A stretch of DNA of 48,494 bases from Pirellulales bacterium (lineage in GTDB: Bacteria > Planctomycetota > Planctomycetia > Pirellulales > JAICIG01), in assembly GCA_036000185.1 (NCBI GenBank), contig DASYGD010000375.1:1-48494 (forward strand). The letters are read 5' to 3'. Below are positions 17,314 to 26,049 of the stretch, piece after piece (within the stretch, counting starts at the first letter, position 1; every line of letters starts with the position of its first letter). Made by a program: the position numbers and the translations under genes. The notes under the pieces are model-generated. The model did no database searches. It had not been told where the DNA came from and saw only the letters and a program-made list of their open reading frames with translations.

Positions 17314-17442
17314 GAGAGGAACGATGCCGTCCAACTCCTGAAGCAAAAGTGGAAGGAGGGCACGGTCACCTTGCTCTACGCCGCTCGGGACGAGGCGCAC
17401 AACGAGGCGTTGGTCTTGAAAGGGCTGCTCCAGGGCCGTTAG
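17314..17442 (+). pseudogene. C-terminal fragment of a second DUF488 gene
   Basis: …LLKQKWKEGTVTLLYAARDEAHNEALVLKGLLQGR aligns with the C-terminus of the intact DUF488 protein (MLKEKAKDRTVTLVYGARDEQHNEALVLKSILEGR). No N-terminal domain is present. Confidence 0.5.
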
Positions 17443-17476
17443 CACGGGCGGGTCTGGATTGGAAGGATTCACGGTC

Positions 17477-19102
17477 ATGCATATTCGCCGCAAAACTCTG
17501 CTCCTGCTCGCTTCGCCCTTCGTGCTTCTGCTTGTCGCCGCTTACGTTCAGTGGGCCATCGCCGGCCTGCCCTCGGCGCCGCCTAACGCCACTGTCATGC
17601 CTGAGACGGCGACGGAGCCTTCTGGCTTTCCAGCCTGGCTGCGCGTCACGCACTACGTTAATTTTCTCTTCATCGTCCTGCTTGTCCGCAGCGGCCTCCA
17701 AATCCTCGTGGATCACCCGCGGCTGTACTGGAATGTCCACTGCACACCCGGCACGGAGTGGCTCCGGCTCACGCCGGTCGAGGTGCCGAAGGATCGCGTC
17801 TGGACGGCCAAGGACGACTCCCGCTATCTCTCCCCGTGGATCGGCCTGCCCGGCTACCGGCACACCATCGGCATGGCCCGGCACTGGCACTTCCTCAGTG
17901 TCATGTTCTGGGTGAGCAACGGCTTGGTCTTCGGGATCTTGTTGTTCGCGACCGGACAGTGGCGCCGTCTTGCGCCCGACTCCTGGCAGGTCGTACCCGA
18001 CGCCTGGGCCGTCTTCGTTCACTACGCCACCTTGCACCTGCCGCCGGAACCGAACGGCTTTTATCACTACAACGCCCTCCAGCAACTGGCGTACTTCGGG
18101 GTGGTGTTCATTCTGGCGCCGCTGGCGATCCTGACCGGGCCCTCCATGTCTCCGGCACTGACGAACCGGTTCCCGTGGTATCCACGCCTGCCCGGCAACC
18201 GGCAAATCGGCCGGTCGCTTCACTTCCTCGTTATGTGTGCCTTCGTTCTCTTCCTCGTCGGCCACGTGGCCATGGTGGCGATCACCGGGTTCGTCCGAAA
18301 CATGAACCATATCGTCGTGGGCAGCGATGACACCAGGCTGACCGGCGTATACTTTGGCCTGGTGGGAGTGGGCGTAATCGTGGCGGTGAATGTGCTGGCC
18401 AATTGGTTGGCGTGGCGACAGCCGCGGCTCGTGCAGCACGTTGCCAAGGCGCTCGTCACCCCGGTTATGGGCTTTATGCTCGACCGCCACGCCCCGCAGG
18501 CGGAGTTCCGCCGCGACGAGATCTCCCCGTTCGTCTGGGCCAATGGCAAGGCGCCCACCTGCGAGGAATGGAAGGCACTGGCGGCCAACAACTTTAAGGA
18601 CTATCGGCTGAAGGTGTACGGCCTGGTGGAGAACCCAGTCGAACTGTCGTTGGAAGACCTGCGGGGCTTGACCAAAAAGGCGCAAATCACCCTGCACCAC
18701 TGCATTCAGGGGTGGTCGGGCATCGCCGCATGGAGCGGATTACCGTTGGCAGAACTAATCCGACTGGTCCGGCCGAGGCCCGACGCAAAAGCGGTCGTCT
18801 TCTACTCGTTTGGCGAAGGCGTCGCGCTCCACGAGGGCGTCGTGGGTGTTCAGTATTACGACAACCTTTCGATTGAGAACGCTCTGAACCCGCAAGCATT
18901 GCTGGCTTACGAGATGAACTATCGGCCGCTCAATCATCTGCACGGAGCGCCGTTGCGGTTGCGCGTCGAGAATCAACTCGGCTTCAAAATGGTCAAGTGG
19001 ATCCAGACGATCCAGTTCGTCGAAAGCGTCCGGTCGATCGGCAAGGGTGAAGGTGGTTTTGCCGAAGACCACGAGTACTTCGGGGAGCTGGCCAACATCT
19101 GA
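17477..19102 (+). CDS. Fusion of a cytochrome-b-type membrane domain (MsrQ / thiosulfate-reductase cyt b-like) with a molybdopterin-dependent oxidoreductase domain (MsrP/YedY, sulfite-oxidase fold)
   Basis: N-terminal multi-TM region with conserved His (THYVNFLF, ARHWHFLSV, SLHFLVMCAF..GHV). The C-terminal part reads ITLHHCIQGWSGIAAWSGLPLAELI...GAPLRLRVENQLGFKMVKWIQ. The likely start is MHIRRK at 17477. Confidence 0.8.
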   Translation: MHIRRKTLLLLASPFVLLLVAAYVQWAIAGLPSAPPNATVMPETATEPSGFPAWLRVTHYVNFLFIVLLVRSGLQILVDHPRLYWNVHCTPGTEWLRLTPVEVPKDRVWTAKDDSRYLSPWIGLPGYRHTIGMARHWHFLSVMFWVSNGLVFGILLFATGQWRRLAPDSWQVVPDAWAVFVHYATLHLPPEPNGFYHYNALQQLAYFGVVFILAPLAILTGPSMSPALTNRFPWYPRLPGNRQIGRSLHFLVMCAFVLFLVGHVAMVAITGFVRNMNHIVVGSDDTRLTGVYFGLVGVGVIVAVNVLANWLAWRQPRLVQHVAKALVTPVMGFMLDRHAPQAEFRRDEISPFVWANGKAPTCEEWKALAANNFKDYRLKVYGLVENPVELSLEDLRGLTKKAQITLHHCIQGWSGIAAWSGLPLAELIRLVRPRPDAKAVVFYSFGEGVALHEGVVGVQYYDNLSIENALNPQALLAYEMNYRPLNHLHGAPLRLRVENQLGFKMVKWIQTIQFVESVRSIGKGEGGFAEDHEYFGELANI

Positions 19103-19304
19103 GGCCGGCGCAGAGCGCGCCCGACGGACTTGTCGCGGGAAACAGGTGTTTTAGAAAGATAAAGGGCTGCGGCTGCAACAGGAAATCGTCTTCGCCAGCA
19201 CCGGGGTTAAGAAGCCGTGCCACAGCACGCGCTGCTTTGGCTCATCTCCCAGGAGAGAACATCCGCCAGTGGTTTATAACTCGTTACGAGAGGAGTTTGG
19301 AGTC

Positions 19305-19706
19305 ATGTCTGAGAAAAAGCAGCTTTACCCGCAGGCGACCAGAGAACTCGCCGAGGAGCGGAAGAGGCTGGCCCCCAAGCCTGCCGAGGCCTTCAAAGCG
19401 TTCAGTCGGAGCGTGTTTGCCGCAGGGGCGCTTCCCGTAAAGACCAAGCAGTTGATCGCCGTGGCCGTGGCGCATGTGACACAATGTCCGTACTGCATTC
19501 GCGGGCATACCAGTGCCGCTCTCCAACAGGGAGCAACGGCAGAGGAGATCACGGAAGCCATCTGGGTCGCCGTCGAGATGCGTGCCGGCGGCGCCTACGC
19601 ACATTCGGCCTTGGCGATGGATACGATCTCGCGCGACAAGGCAGAGAAGGCGAGCGATTGCGACAAGGCCGCGGGTTTCCTCGGAGCGAGCGTTAAACAA
19701 ACTTAG
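19305..19706 (+). CDS. Carboxymuconolactone decarboxylase / AhpD-like family protein (CxxC)
   Basis: KTKQLIAVAVAHVTQCPYCIRGHTSAAL matches the AhpD-core motif. RBS GAGGAG precedes the ATG at 19305. Confidence 0.85.
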   Translation: MSEKKQLYPQATRELAEERKRLAPKPAEAFKAFSRSVFAAGALPVKTKQLIAVAVAHVTQCPYCIRGHTSAALQQGATAEEITEAIWVAVEMRAGGAYAHSALAMDTISRDKAEKASDCDKAAGFLGASVKQT

Positions 19707-19716
19707 GGAGTGCGGG

Positions 19717-20724
19717 ATGAGCACCAAAGTCGCGATCAACGGTCTGGGAAGAATCGGACGCGCAATCCTGAAGTTGGCAATCGACGAGCCATCGATCGAG
19801 TTGATTGCGGTCAACGACCTGGTCGATGTCGAGAACCTCGCCTACCTGCTTCGCTTCGACACGGCGTACGGACGGTACTCGAAGCCCGTGGTGACCGATG
19901 GAGTCGATCTGGTGGTCGCCGGACGCAAGTTGCGGACTTTGAGCAGCCGCGACCCTTTGGACCTCCCTTGGAAGGAACTGGCCGTCGAGCTCGTGTTTGA
20001 ATGCACCGGAGCGCTCACGCGGCGCGAGGATCTCGAAAAACACGTCCGCGCAGGCGCACGGATTGTCCTCCTGTCGGCGCCGCCGAAGGGTGAGGGGGTG
20101 GAAATGGTTGTTCACGGCGTGAACATGTCGGAAGGCACTCCCGCCATCATCTCCTGCGCAAGCTGCACGACGAACTGCATCACGCCGATCGTCGAGGTCA
20201 TCGGCCGCCGCATCGGGTTCCAGAAGGCGGTGATGACGACCGTGCATGCCTATACCTCGTCCCAGTCGATCATCGATGGACCGAGCAAGCGCTTCCGTCG
20301 CGGTCGGGCCGCGGCAGCGAACCTCGTGCCGGCCACGACGGGCGCCGCGCACGCGACGACGCGCGCACTGCCAGAGTATGCGGGTCGGTTCGACGGCATC
20401 GCGATTCGGGCGCCGATTCCTGTCGGATCGATCGCCGACATTACGTTCGTTACTTCGCGAAAGACGACCGTTGACGAGGTAAACCAGATCCTCACGGAAG
20501 AAGCCGATACGGAGCGCTACACCGGGGTGCTCGGAGTATCGCATGACCCACTCGTTTCGTCGGACATCGTGGGCGATCCGCGCGCGTCCATCGTCGATCT
20601 TGAGCTTACCAAGGTCATCGACGGGGATCTGGTCAAGGTCATGAGTTGGTACGACAACGAGTGGGGCTACGCAAATCAAATCGTCCGCGCAGCGTTGTCG
20701 ATGAGCAGGGGCGAGAGCAGATGA
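19717..20724 (+). CDS. gap: Type I glyceraldehyde-3-phosphate dehydrogenase
   Basis: MSTKVAINGLGRIGRAILKL..., catalytic SCASCTTNC, and C-terminal WYDNEWGYANQ. The ORF-track start at 19513 lies far upstream of the conserved N-terminus. Confidence 0.95.
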   Translation: MSTKVAINGLGRIGRAILKLAIDEPSIELIAVNDLVDVENLAYLLRFDTAYGRYSKPVVTDGVDLVVAGRKLRTLSSRDPLDLPWKELAVELVFECTGALTRREDLEKHVRAGARIVLLSAPPKGEGVEMVVHGVNMSEGTPAIISCASCTTNCITPIVEVIGRRIGFQKAVMTTVHAYTSSQSIIDGPSKRFRRGRAAAANLVPATTGAAHATTRALPEYAGRFDGIAIRAPIPVGSIADITFVTSRKTTVDEVNQILTEEADTERYTGVLGVSHDPLVSSDIVGDPRASIVDLELTKVIDGDLVKVMSWYDNEWGYANQIVRAALSMSRGESR

Positions 20725-20929
20725 GAATGCGCTTGTAGTAATGCGGTCGCGAAGGAAAGAAGTCGAACTTGATCCAACTACCAGCAGGAAACGCGCAGGC
20801 GACCAACTGGCCCACTGCCGCTTCGCTTGTTAAGGCTCTCAACGCCGCCGGCTTGAGCGCGCCGGTCGAGCAATGACAAAATCGTGGAACGTCTAAGCTT
20901 AGAGCAATACATTCTGGAAAGGGCTATCT

Positions 20930-21514
20930 ATGACTGCCGATCCAAGAACGGTCGTCGTTACAGAGGAGTTTTGCAACGCCTGTGGCACGCCTCGGGTCAA
21001 TGTCCATCATCAGAGCTTTCCCGAAATGCGGATTAGTGGCGAATCCCCCGATCAAGCAGTCGATGAACTGGCCATCCGCCTGGAGACCAACCTCGCCGCT
21101 GTTTCAGATCCTATGCACCGCGCGCCGGTCCAGCTCGCAATCGCCGACGTCCAGGCGTTCATCAACAGGGATACTGTTCCTCAGGCTAAACTGAGCGAAG
21201 TCATTGACGTTCTGGCCGTCGGCGCGCCCGACCCGGCTGCATCGCCGAGCATGCTCGCAAAGACCGGGACCCTAGAGATTCGCCGGTTGATCCTTCCTAA
21301 GGGCCGAGAGATTCCTACCCACCATGCGCGCGGGGAGATCACGGTCCTTTGTCTGGAGGGGCGGATCGCGTTTACCGCTAGCAGGACAACGCGCGAAGTG
21401 GGGGCAGGCCAACTGATCGTCCTCGCCGCCGGTGAGCCCCACTCGCTGGTGGGCTTGGAGGACTCGACCGTGCTGGTCACGAAGATCCTGCTCGGCCGCA
21501 AGCCCGAAAATTGA
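20930..21514 (+). CDS. Cupin-domain protein with an unrecognised ~110-aa N-terminal domain
   Basis: The C-terminal LEIRRLILPKGREIPTHHARGEITVLCLEGRIAFTA....GQLIVLAAGEPHSLVGLEDSTVLVT is a cupin_2-like barrel and a paralog of 22590-22997. Confidence 0.7.
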   Translation: MTADPRTVVVTEEFCNACGTPRVNVHHQSFPEMRISGESPDQAVDELAIRLETNLAAVSDPMHRAPVQLAIADVQAFINRDTVPQAKLSEVIDVLAVGAPDPAASPSMLAKTGTLEIRRLILPKGREIPTHHARGEITVLCLEGRIAFTASRTTREVGAGQLIVLAAGEPHSLVGLEDSTVLVTKILLGRKPEN

Positions 21515-21603
21515 CGTGGGTATGTCGCTGAAACGAGCCGTGGATGCCATCGGCCTCTCAATTGCTGGCATCACCCCAAAGACCGCGAGTAGGAGGATCC
21601 GCC

Positions 21604-22458
21604 ATGCAGTACTTGAACGGCTCGAAAAATGGCCTGGACGATCATTTCTTCGTGCGCGTCCTTCGCCAGGATCGACCGGACCTGTCGAGTTACTGGCAAA
21701 CGTTTTCTCTCGAACGTGTTCCAGGCTTGAACGTAACGAGCGTGCTCCAGCATATCGCAGCGCACCCTCTAACGGCGTCGGGGAAACAGGTTGCGCCGGT
21801 CGCTTATGACGCCAACTGTTTGGAGGAAGTTTGCGGCGCATGCACGATGTTGATCAATGGGCGCGTCCGACAGGCCTGCACGGCGCTGGTCGAGCGACTA
21901 TTGGAACAACAACCTCGGCAAATCGAACTGCGTCCGATGAGCAAGTTCCCCCTGATTCGCGATCTGATGGTGGATCGTCGCCGCCTTTTTCGCGCGTTGG
22001 AGAAGCTTCAGGGCTGGATCCCGGTGGACGGCTACCATGACGCGGGCCCTGGACCTCGACAATCGCAAGAAGCACAACAACAGGCCTATCCACTCAGCAA
22101 ATGCATGAGTTGCGGCTGTTGCTTGGAAGCTTGTCCGCAGTACACGAAAGTGCTGCTTGATCAGCAGCCGGACGAAACGAGTGACCAGTTCCACCAGCGC
22201 CAGGACGCGGCGTTCGATGCCAAGTTCATCGGAGCCCATGCCAACAATCAGGTGGTACTGACGAATTCGCATCCAACCGGTCGAATGACCGCTGGCCAGC
22301 GGCTCGACGCTTTGATGGCGCCGGGTGGGATTCAAAATTGCGGCAAGGCGGCAAATTGCGAGGCGGTTTGTCCCCAAAAGATTCCTCTCATGACTTCCTG
22401 GGGTCGCGCCGGCCGCGCGACGACGCTTTATGTAATCAAGAGGTTCTTCGACGGATAA
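21604..22458 (+). CDS. Succinate dehydrogenase/fumarate reductase iron-sulfur subunit-like protein (orphan SdhB/FrdB)
   Basis: All three cluster motifs are present: CLEEVCGAC...C (2Fe-2S), CMSCGCCLEACP (4Fe-4S) and CGKAANCEAVCP (3Fe-4S). RBS AGGAGG precedes the ATG at 21604. No SdhA or SdhC gene is in the window. Confidence 0.85.
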   Translation: MQYLNGSKNGLDDHFFVRVLRQDRPDLSSYWQTFSLERVPGLNVTSVLQHIAAHPLTASGKQVAPVAYDANCLEEVCGACTMLINGRVRQACTALVERLLEQQPRQIELRPMSKFPLIRDLMVDRRRLFRALEKLQGWIPVDGYHDAGPGPRQSQEAQQQAYPLSKCMSCGCCLEACPQYTKVLLDQQPDETSDQFHQRQDAAFDAKFIGAHANNQVVLTNSHPTGRMTAGQRLDALMAPGGIQNCGKAANCEAVCPQKIPLMTSWGRAGRATTLYVIKRFFDG

Positions 22459-22589
22459 CCAGCACGGCAGTTCGCGCGGGAGGGCTATCAGCAATGGCAT
22501 CTATCTGATTGGCAGACCCCGATTGTTCTGGCTGCTCGCAATATTCAGTGCAGATCGTTTCCGATTCATCGACAATAGGAGAGCCGACG

Positions 22590-22997
22590 ATGGCGATTAC
22601 CCGCCCACCGCAGCACGCGTATCCAGGCAGGCCCATCGATCTCCGACCCGAGGGAGGGTCGCTCGCGACGGCCACGACGTTCCCGCTCGTGAAAGAAGAA
22701 GCATTCGAGGCCATCCGGATGGTGCTCCGCAAGGACCACGAGATGGACGGTCACCAGGTTGAAGGGCCGATCACGATTTATTGTCTCGACGGGCAGATCG
22801 CCTTCACCGCCCGCGGCCAGACGCATGACCTGAGGGCTGGCCACTGGATTTTCCTCCTGGGCAACGAGCCGCATTCGCTCCGCGCGCTCGAGGACTCTTC
22901 GATTCTGTTGACCATCCTGTTCCCCCGTTCGAGTGAGCGCCAGGCCGGAGCGATGTCGCCAGAACCAGGAAGCCCAATCTACCCTCGTCTTTCTTGA
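22590..22997 (+). CDS. Cupin-domain protein
   Basis: FEAIRMVLRKDHEMDGHQVEGPITIYCLDGQIAFTARGQTHDLRAGHWIFLLGNEPHSLRALEDSSILLT. RBS AGGAGAG precedes the ATG at 22590. Confidence 0.75.
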   Translation: MAITRPPQHAYPGRPIDLRPEGGSLATATTFPLVKEEAFEAIRMVLRKDHEMDGHQVEGPITIYCLDGQIAFTARGQTHDLRAGHWIFLLGNEPHSLRALEDSSILLTILFPRSSERQAGAMSPEPGSPIYPRLS

Positions 22998-23043
22998 AGT
23001 CTCATCAGGACCGCGAGGCCCCAACACAGGAGTAGCTCTGGCT

Positions 23044-23760
23044 ATGGCGCTGAATACCAACGAATTGAAGCACGAGGTAAACGCGATCGGGCTATTGGTG
23101 AGTGGCGGGCTGGATAGCTCGATCCTACTCGAGCACTTGCTCGATGCCGGCCGGAAGGTCAGGCCTCTCTACATTCGAAGTGGGCTCTGTTGGCAGGCCG
23201 CTGAAGAATTGGCGCTGAAGCGCCTATTGAATGCCGTGGGAGCCCGACGTCTGGAACCGTTGATCGTGCTCGACTTACCCATGGCAGACGTATATGGCGA
23301 CCACTGGAGCATTACCGGGCGCGGTATTCCTGAGGCTGGCACACCGGACGAGGCGGTGTTTCTGCCGGGACGCAATGCACTCTTGACGATCAAGGCCGCG
23401 CTCTGGTGCCAGTTGCACGGCATCAACGAATTAGCAATCGCTACGCTGGATTCGAACCCGTTCGAGGATGCGAGCACCGCATTTTTTTCTCGATTGGAGC
23501 AAGTGTTTAATGCGATGGGACCGACGGTCCGTCTCGTGCGGCCCTTTGCCGACCTCGGCAAGCAACAGGTGATGGAGCTCGGCCGAACCTTGTCGCTCGA
23601 CTCGACGTTCTCCTGCATCGCTCCACACGATGGAGCGCATTGCGGCAATTGCAACAAATGCGCCGAGCGGCAGGAAGCCTTCCGCGTGCTTGGCAGGAGA
23701 GACCCAACTCAATATGCGTGCGCTGCTGCGGGCGAGCTGATTGCCGCTAACAAGCGATGA
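23044..23760 (+). CDS. QueC-like PP-loop ATPase (7-cyano-7-deazaguanine synthase family, divergent)
   Basis: PP-loop LLVSGGLDSS, the PGRNALL segment, and a C-terminal zinc motif C-x9-C-x2-C-x2-C (SCIAPHDGAHCGNCNKCAER). The canonical YGQRH region is not recognisable. Confidence 0.8.
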   Translation: MALNTNELKHEVNAIGLLVSGGLDSSILLEHLLDAGRKVRPLYIRSGLCWQAAEELALKRLLNAVGARRLEPLIVLDLPMADVYGDHWSITGRGIPEAGTPDEAVFLPGRNALLTIKAALWCQLHGINELAIATLDSNPFEDASTAFFSRLEQVFNAMGPTVRLVRPFADLGKQQVMELGRTLSLDSTFSCIAPHDGAHCGNCNKCAERQEAFRVLGRRDPTQYACAAAGELIAANKR

Positions 23761-23777
23761 ATCGTTGCCCGAGATCA

Positions 23778-24002
23778 TACGAGTTAGGATTCGTGGCGGT
23801 CGGCGAAGTGGACGCCCGGCTGGAAGCGGTAGCGGACTGGAAGGAACCTTACCCCGATGGCGTGGTCTGCTACCTGCGGGACGGCCGGGTACGGAGCGTA
23901 TTGCTGTGGAACGTCTGGGAGCAGGTGGACGCGGCCCAGAAGCTGATCGCTGAGGCCGGGCCGTTCCGCGCTGAGGATCCCCGAGGCCGGCTGCCTGCAT
24001 AG
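23778..24002 (+). pseudogene. C-terminal fragment of a paralog of the FAD oxidoreductase at 9934-11127
   Basis: YELGFVAVGEVDARLEAVADWKEPYPDGVVCYLRDGRVRSVLLWNVWEQVDAAQKLIAEAGPFRAEDPRGRLPA aligns with FDLGYEAVGETDSRLETVADWQNPYRKGVIYYLRDGRVRGALLWNVWEQVEAARRLIAEPGPFNANNLKGRLPA. Only the last ~75 codons are present. Confidence 0.6.
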
Positions 24003-24031
24003 AGTTCATCCAGGAAGCGAGAGCTTGTAAG

Positions 24032-24997
24032 ATGGCCCGCAACACCTTTGAGTTGAAGCCAGTGTCGCCCTTCCGTCTGGACCTGGCGGTCTGGACCCTG
24101 CGCCGTCGGCCGAACAACGTCGTGGACCGCTGGGATGGCACAACCTACCGCCGGGTACTGCCCTTGCTGGCCGGGCCGGTGGAGGTGGCAGTCACTCAGG
24201 TGGCGTCTCCCGAGGCGGCGCGACTGAAAGTCATGGTGGTGGGGCAGCCGATGCGCGCCGCGGTACGGACCGCCGTGACTTCGGCTTTGGAGCGACTGCT
24301 GGGTCTGCCCATCGACCTGACGGACTTCTACCAATTCGCCGCGCACGATCGGCGGCTGGGGCCGCTGGCCCATCGCTTCCGCGGCATGAAGCCACCGCGT
24401 TTCGCCACCATCTTCGAGGGAGCGATTAACGCGATGGCGTGTCAGCAGTTGACGCTAACGCTGGGTATCCGCCTCCTCAACCATCTTACCGTGGCTTTCG
24501 GTGCCGCGTTCGGCAAGGGCGACGAGGTCGATCACGGCTTCCCCCGCCCGGAGGACTTAGCCCAATTGAGCCCCGCGGACCTGCGGCAGTTCGGGTTCAG
24601 CCGTCAAAAGAGCCGGGCTATGATCGAACTGGCCCAGTCGGTTGCCGAGGGGCATCTGGACCTGGAAGAGTTGGCGGCTCTCCCCGACGACGAGGCCGTG
24701 AATCGCCTCTGTGAACTTCGAGGCATTGGGCGCTGGACTGCGGAGTATGTCCTGCTGCGCGGTCTGGGACGGACCCACATTTTTCCGGGCGATGACGTGG
24801 GCGCCCGAAATAACCTGCAGCGCTGGCTGCGTCTGACCAAGCCGCTCGATTACCAGGGGGTCCGGCGTGTTCTGTCGCGCTGGGACGACTACGCAGGGCT
24901 CGTTTATTTTCATCTTCTGCTGGATTGCCTGGGGGAGGCCGGCAACCTCAGCGAGCCAAGTCCCCAGGGGTCGGTTGCCGCTATTGATGAATCATGA
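24032..24997 (+). CDS. DNA-3-methyladenine glycosylase II (AlkA-like, HhH-GPD superfamily)
   Basis: HhH motif LCELRGIGRWTAEYVLLRGLGR followed by the catalytic-Asp context FPGDDVGARNNL. Confidence 0.85.
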   Translation: MARNTFELKPVSPFRLDLAVWTLRRRPNNVVDRWDGTTYRRVLPLLAGPVEVAVTQVASPEAARLKVMVVGQPMRAAVRTAVTSALERLLGLPIDLTDFYQFAAHDRRLGPLAHRFRGMKPPRFATIFEGAINAMACQQLTLTLGIRLLNHLTVAFGAAFGKGDEVDHGFPRPEDLAQLSPADLRQFGFSRQKSRAMIELAQSVAEGHLDLEELAALPDDEAVNRLCELRGIGRWTAEYVLLRGLGRTHIFPGDDVGARNNLQRWLRLTKPLDYQGVRRVLSRWDDYAGLVYFHLLLDCLGEAGNLSEPSPQGSVAAIDES

Positions 24998-25135
24998 CCG
25001 CCTTCGTGCTGCCCAAGCGGATCCGGTATGGACCCCACAAGGCATCGTCGGCCATCCGGGCCTCAACTTGCGCGAAAACGATGCACGACAAAAACCGCTA
25101 ACTAGTTGCGTCGGATTTTGCGTGTCACCGGCCGC

Positions 25136-25151
25136 TGGAACGCCAATTGCT
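25136..25151 (+). promoter_or_regulatory. sigma54 (-24/-12) promoter candidate TGGAACG-CCAA-TTGCT
   Basis: One mismatch to TGGCACG-N4-TTGCW. Intergenic, and ends 237 nt upstream of the actA ATG. Confidence 0.45.
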
Positions 25152-25236
25152 CGCCAGCTTCGCATAGAATTCTGCACTCCCTTGAAAACACGGTGGCCCT
25201 AGCCACATAAAGTGCGAAAACCGACCTTACTGCTCA

Positions 25237-25266
25237 TTGACGTATCCGCACACCGACTTCTATCAT
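25237..25266 (+). promoter_or_regulatory. sigma70-like promoter candidate TTGACG-18-TATCAT
   Basis: Read directly, about 120 nt upstream of the actA ATG. Confidence 0.3.
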
Positions 25267-25387
25267 GCGCGGTCGGGCGCGATCAACAGCGCACGATGAG
25301 CCACCCGCGCGAGCAGCGCGCCGCTTTTCCGGCCAGCCGGCCGCGACGTTGCGAGCGACGATCATACTGGGAGGGAGCCGCGGTTCG

Positions 25388-26049
25388 ATGACGCAAATCT
25401 TCCATCCCGGCACGAACACCTTCGCCAAAGTGACGATCTTCGGCTCGCTGTTCATCGTGGCGGGACTGGCCTTCGCCTGGGACCGAGTCACTCGCTCGCC
25501 TTACGTCACCGAGGAAGACGTCGTTCGCGACCAGCCGGCGCCCTTCAGTCACGAGCACCACGTGAGCGGGTTGGGCATCGACTGCCGCTATTGCCATACG
25601 TCGGTGGAGAAATCGTCGTTCGCCGGCATCCCCGCCACCGAGATTTGCATGAGCTGCCATTCGCAAATCTGGAAAGACAGCCCGATGCTCGAACCGGTGC
25701 GCGCCAGTTTCCGCACGGGCGAGCGGCTGAAATGGACGCGGGTCCACGATCTACCCGATTTCGTGTACTTCAACCACAGCATTCACATCGCCAAGGGCAT
25801 CGGCTGCGAAAGCTGCCACGGGCGAGTCGACAAGATGCCGCTCATGCGGCGCTCCGCCAGCTTGCAAATGTCGTGGTGCTTGGACTGCCACGAACATCCT
25901 GAGGACCAAGTGCGCTCGCCGGACGCGATCTACAAATTCGGCAAGACCGCAAGCAAGACTTCGATGAGCGCGCCGCGGCGGCCGGCCGCACTCGCCGAGG
26001 AGCTTGGAATCGACGCCAAACCGCTGCTCGACTGCTGGACGTGCCACCG

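Noticed and set aside
17366-18700. 444-aa minus-strand ORF antisense to the cytochrome-b/Mo-oxidoreductase gene
   Set aside because: Shadow ORF with a highly Arg/Gly/Pro-biased translation and no recognisable domain. The sense strand has a convincing membrane/Mo-domain protein.
21551-21566. CGGCCTCTCAATTGCT upstream of the SdhB-like gene as a sigma54 promoter
   Set aside because: The GG-N10-GC spacing and TTGCT are right, but the -24 half matches only GGC. That is too weak to report as a feature.
23044-24997. QueC-like gene next to an HhH-GPD glycosylase as a type IV CBASS-like or deazaguanine defence module
   Set aside because: No cyclase (CD-NTase), TGT-like or effector gene is present. 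The two genes are separated by a gene remnant. The glycosylase looks like ordinary AlkA.
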